NCBI GenBank assembly: GCA_963777605.1
Contig: CAVZRV010000007.1
Coordinates: forward strand, 512,001-576,000
Direction: 5' to 3'
DNA length: 64,000 nt
From: an uncultured Acidobacteriota bacterium
GTDB lineage: Bacteria; Acidobacteriota; UBA6911; RPQK01; JAPXNP01
The notes under the pieces were generated by a model. That model was not told the origin of the DNA, searched no databases, and was given only the letters and a program-made list of their open reading frames with translations. The position numbers and the translations under genes are program-made. The first letter of the stretch is position 1. Every line of letters starts with the position of its first letter. Below, piece after piece: positions 61,733-64,000 of the stretch.

Positions 61733-62391
61733 GAGTTCTGCTCCTGGTTTCGGCCCAACAGACGCTCAAGCGCCACGCGGACCGTTCGTCTTGCCCTGAA
61801 GGCGCGGACCCGGACATTCACCGAAGATAAGTCCAGCAACTCCGCAACCTCCGAAACCTGCATGCCTTCACCGTAAAGTAGCCTGAGAATCGCCTGGTCC
61901 TTTTCGGAAACCTTCCCGAGGACCCTCTTCAGCAACTCGCGCGCTTCTCGACTGTTCTGGACCCGATCCAGTTCCTCCTGCGACTGACCGGCAAGCTGGC
62001 GTTCGAGCCAACTGGCCTCATCAGTATCGAAGTGGGCCACGGGTTTGTCTCGCCGTCGCTTCTCCTTTCGTAATCGGTCCAAACACAGATTTATCGTTAG
62101 CCGAACCAGCCAGTGCCGGAACGGGACTCCCGGTTTCAACTTGTTGAGACTGGTGAATGCCTTGACCAACGCATCCTGAGCTGCATCCTCGGCGTCCTCA
62201 ATGTTCGGAAAAAACCTCCGACTCACACCGGTGATCATCCGCCGATGCCGAAGCACCAGTTGCTCAAATGCCGCCTCGGATCCTTCCTCCGACATCGCCA
62301 CAAGTTGCTCATCCGAGCAATCGCTGAGCTCGCACTCTCCCTCCTGCGGCGCTCGGATCAATTCAGATTCTGAGTTTCGGACAGACATCAT
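61729..62391 (-). CDS. ECF RNA polymerase sigma factor
   Basis: SDEQLV..AFEQLV..DAEDAAQDALVKAF..FRHWLVRLTINLCLD; region 4 EVAELL..NVRVRAFRAR; start could be 62460. Confidence 0.92.
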   Translation of the reverse strand: MMSVRNSESELIRAPQEGECELSDCSDEQLVAMSEEGSEAAFEQLVLRHRRMITGVSRRFFPNIEDAEDAAQDALVKAFTSLNKLKPGVPFRHWLVRLTINLCLDRLRKEKRRRDKPVAHFDTDEASWLERQLAGQSQEELDRVQNSREARELLKRVLGKVSEKDQAILRLLYGEGMQVSEVAELLDLSSVNVRVRAFRARRTVRVALERLLGRNQEQNS

Positions 62392-62606
62392 TCGGTGAAA
62401 GAAATCAGTAGGATCCAGCCCAAGCTGGTCCGCGTCAAGTCTCCGGGTCGCTGTGTCCATCCAATTGTAGAACGATCCGCAAATGCTATGCGTTACAGCG
62501 GTTTTAGGTGACCTCATTCGTCAAGTCCTGGCTCGAGCTGTCACACCGGCAAGACCGGGCCGTTGGTCCCGAATATTAACCGAGCGGACTGGTTCGGTCC
62601 AGGAAT

Positions 62607-63806
62607 TTGCGCTATCGTTCTTGGCTTCATCTTCCTGGGAGTATTCAAGTGGCGAGTTTCGCAGTCTATCTCTTCCCCTTTACGATGGACATCGTCGTCG
62701 GGCTGGTCCTCTTCGTGGGCCGCCACTCACTGGCTGCGGGCGGCGCTCCTGAATCTGTTGTCGCATCGATTCCGCTCTACTTCGGGATCGGTTACTTTCT
62801 GTCCGGCCCGCTGATGCGGAGAATCATCAGTCGGCGCCACGCCCGAATTGAAATGGTTGCGGCCGTAGTACTCCTGGTGGCGATCAGCCTCCTCTTGACC
62901 CAGACCGAACGGATTTCCCTTATCCAGGCTCTGTTCTGCGCGCTTCCTTTCGCGGTCAGCCTGTTCTTCAACGCGTTCCAGGCCTTCCTGCTGGGGTTTT
63001 CGACCAATCTCGGCAGGCCCCTCAAGGTTACGGTTGCCTTCTACACGGTGGCCTGGTCGATGGGCTTTGGGTTGGGACCCTTCGTGAGCGGAATCCTCAG
63101 GGAGCGACTCTCCTGGCATGAAATCTACTATGTCGCGGCAGCAGCATCCGCCCTCATTGGGGTCGTCGTGCTCTTCCTCCACTCCGGTCACTCCGGGCCT
63201 GACCCGGTTGCTCAGGGCAGCCCCAGTCCGGCAACCAACCGCCCTGATCTGCACGTTTCGGGCTGGATGGGCGTAGTCATCGGGCTAATCGGCTGGCTTG
63301 TCATCGCGACCTACTGGCCTGTCCTGGCCACCCGCGCCGACCTTTCCCCTCAACTGAAAGGGTTGGTGGAGTTCTCCTGGGCAGCGGTTCAAAGCCTGGG
63401 TGCGCTCCTCCTGATCAAGTTGGGCGACTGGCAGTACCGGCCTCAACTCCTGCCCCTTTTTGGGCTCCTCGGAATCGCTTCTCTGCTGATATTTGGAATC
63501 GCAAAATCGCCCGTCCAGTTCTTGCTCGGAGCCTCCGTTATGGGGCTGTTTACCTCGACAACCTTCGTTTACTCGCTGTACCACTCGATGAGTGACGCGG
63601 CTAAAGCGTCACAGCGAGTGGCCATCAATGAAATGATGGTGGGACTGGGATACGTCATTGCCCCTGCGGTCAGCACCCTCCTCCACGAGAGCGGGCAACC
63701 TTTCTCCGAGGCATTCTTCAAGGCAGCGCTGCTGCTCGCCGTCCTGATCGTGATCCAAGGCACTGTAGCCGCGGTCACGAAGTACCGTCAGACGACCCTG
63801 TCGTGA
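62607..63806 (+). CDS. MFS transporter
   Basis: About 12 hydrophobic segments, AWSMGFGLGPFVSG, INEMMVGLG. Confidence 0.85.
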   Translation: MRYRSWLHLPGSIQVASFAVYLFPFTMDIVVGLVLFVGRHSLAAGGAPESVVASIPLYFGIGYFLSGPLMRRIISRRHARIEMVAAVVLLVAISLLLTQTERISLIQALFCALPFAVSLFFNAFQAFLLGFSTNLGRPLKVTVAFYTVAWSMGFGLGPFVSGILRERLSWHEIYYVAAAASALIGVVVLFLHSGHSGPDPVAQGSPSPATNRPDLHVSGWMGVVIGLIGWLVIATYWPVLATRADLSPQLKGLVEFSWAAVQSLGALLLIKLGDWQYRPQLLPLFGLLGIASLLIFGIAKSPVQFLLGASVMGLFTSTTFVYSLYHSMSDAAKASQRVAINEMMVGLGYVIAPAVSTLLHESGQPFSEAFFKAALLLAVLIVIQGTVAAVTKYRQTTLS

Positions 63807-63979
63807 CAGAATTCGCTACCGGGATTACCGAGTCTTTTGGATAGCCCGGAGTCTCAGTGTATCTGTTACCCTTAATGTCAATTGGTATCGCGTTCTATAC
63901 GGAATCTTGCCTTTGGGTGAGGTTTGCTCTACAGGGCGCTGCCCCCAAACTGACCACTTATGAGCAGGAGAGTGCTTCC

Positions 63980-64000
63980 ATGAAGATGCGGATCAAATCC
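63980..64000 (+). CDS. Probable start of the next gene (runs off window end)
   Basis: AGGAG SD followed by ATG AAG ATG CGG ATC AAA TCC. Confidence 0.35.

Overview
High-GC bacterial chromosomal window; Acidobacteriota-like by gene content and order (inference only). 1-19 kb is core genome: 5' part of ftsH, tilS, tRNA-Met(CAT), hemL, carD, an 8-gene MoxR/VWA/DUF58/DUF4159/TPR-metallopeptidase operon and tRNA-Leu(CAA). About 19-29.4 kb is an accessory mosaic: an integron integrase with attI and cassettes downstream in the same orientation ('inverted' integron), prophage-like DnaC/DUF1064 remnants, a promoter-linked candidate structured RNA, a PAS hybrid kinase, a GNAT and REP-like palindromes. 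Several frameshifts between 21 and 30 kb are probably sequencing errors. 29.4-51 kb holds panG-panB-panC, a DoxX/TIM-barrel fusion, a C-N hydrolase, a metallophosphoesterase, a dynamin-like GTPase, GH50-like and GH95 hydrolases, an RND pump, a cytochrome c peroxidase and a sugar isomerase. The best candidate for an undescribed system is 51.4-60.9 kb: an operon of an NTT(TLC)-HEAT-cNMP transporter, two membrane HAMP proteins with apparently dead PP2C-like domains and a stand-alone cNMP-domain protein, divergent from a TorF-like porin and a class IIIb adenylate cyclase that shares its periplasmic sensor domain with one of the HAMP proteins. The window ends with an ECF sigma/anti-sigma/periplasmic triad and an MFS transporter. 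All family assignments come from motif recognition by eye, not database searches.
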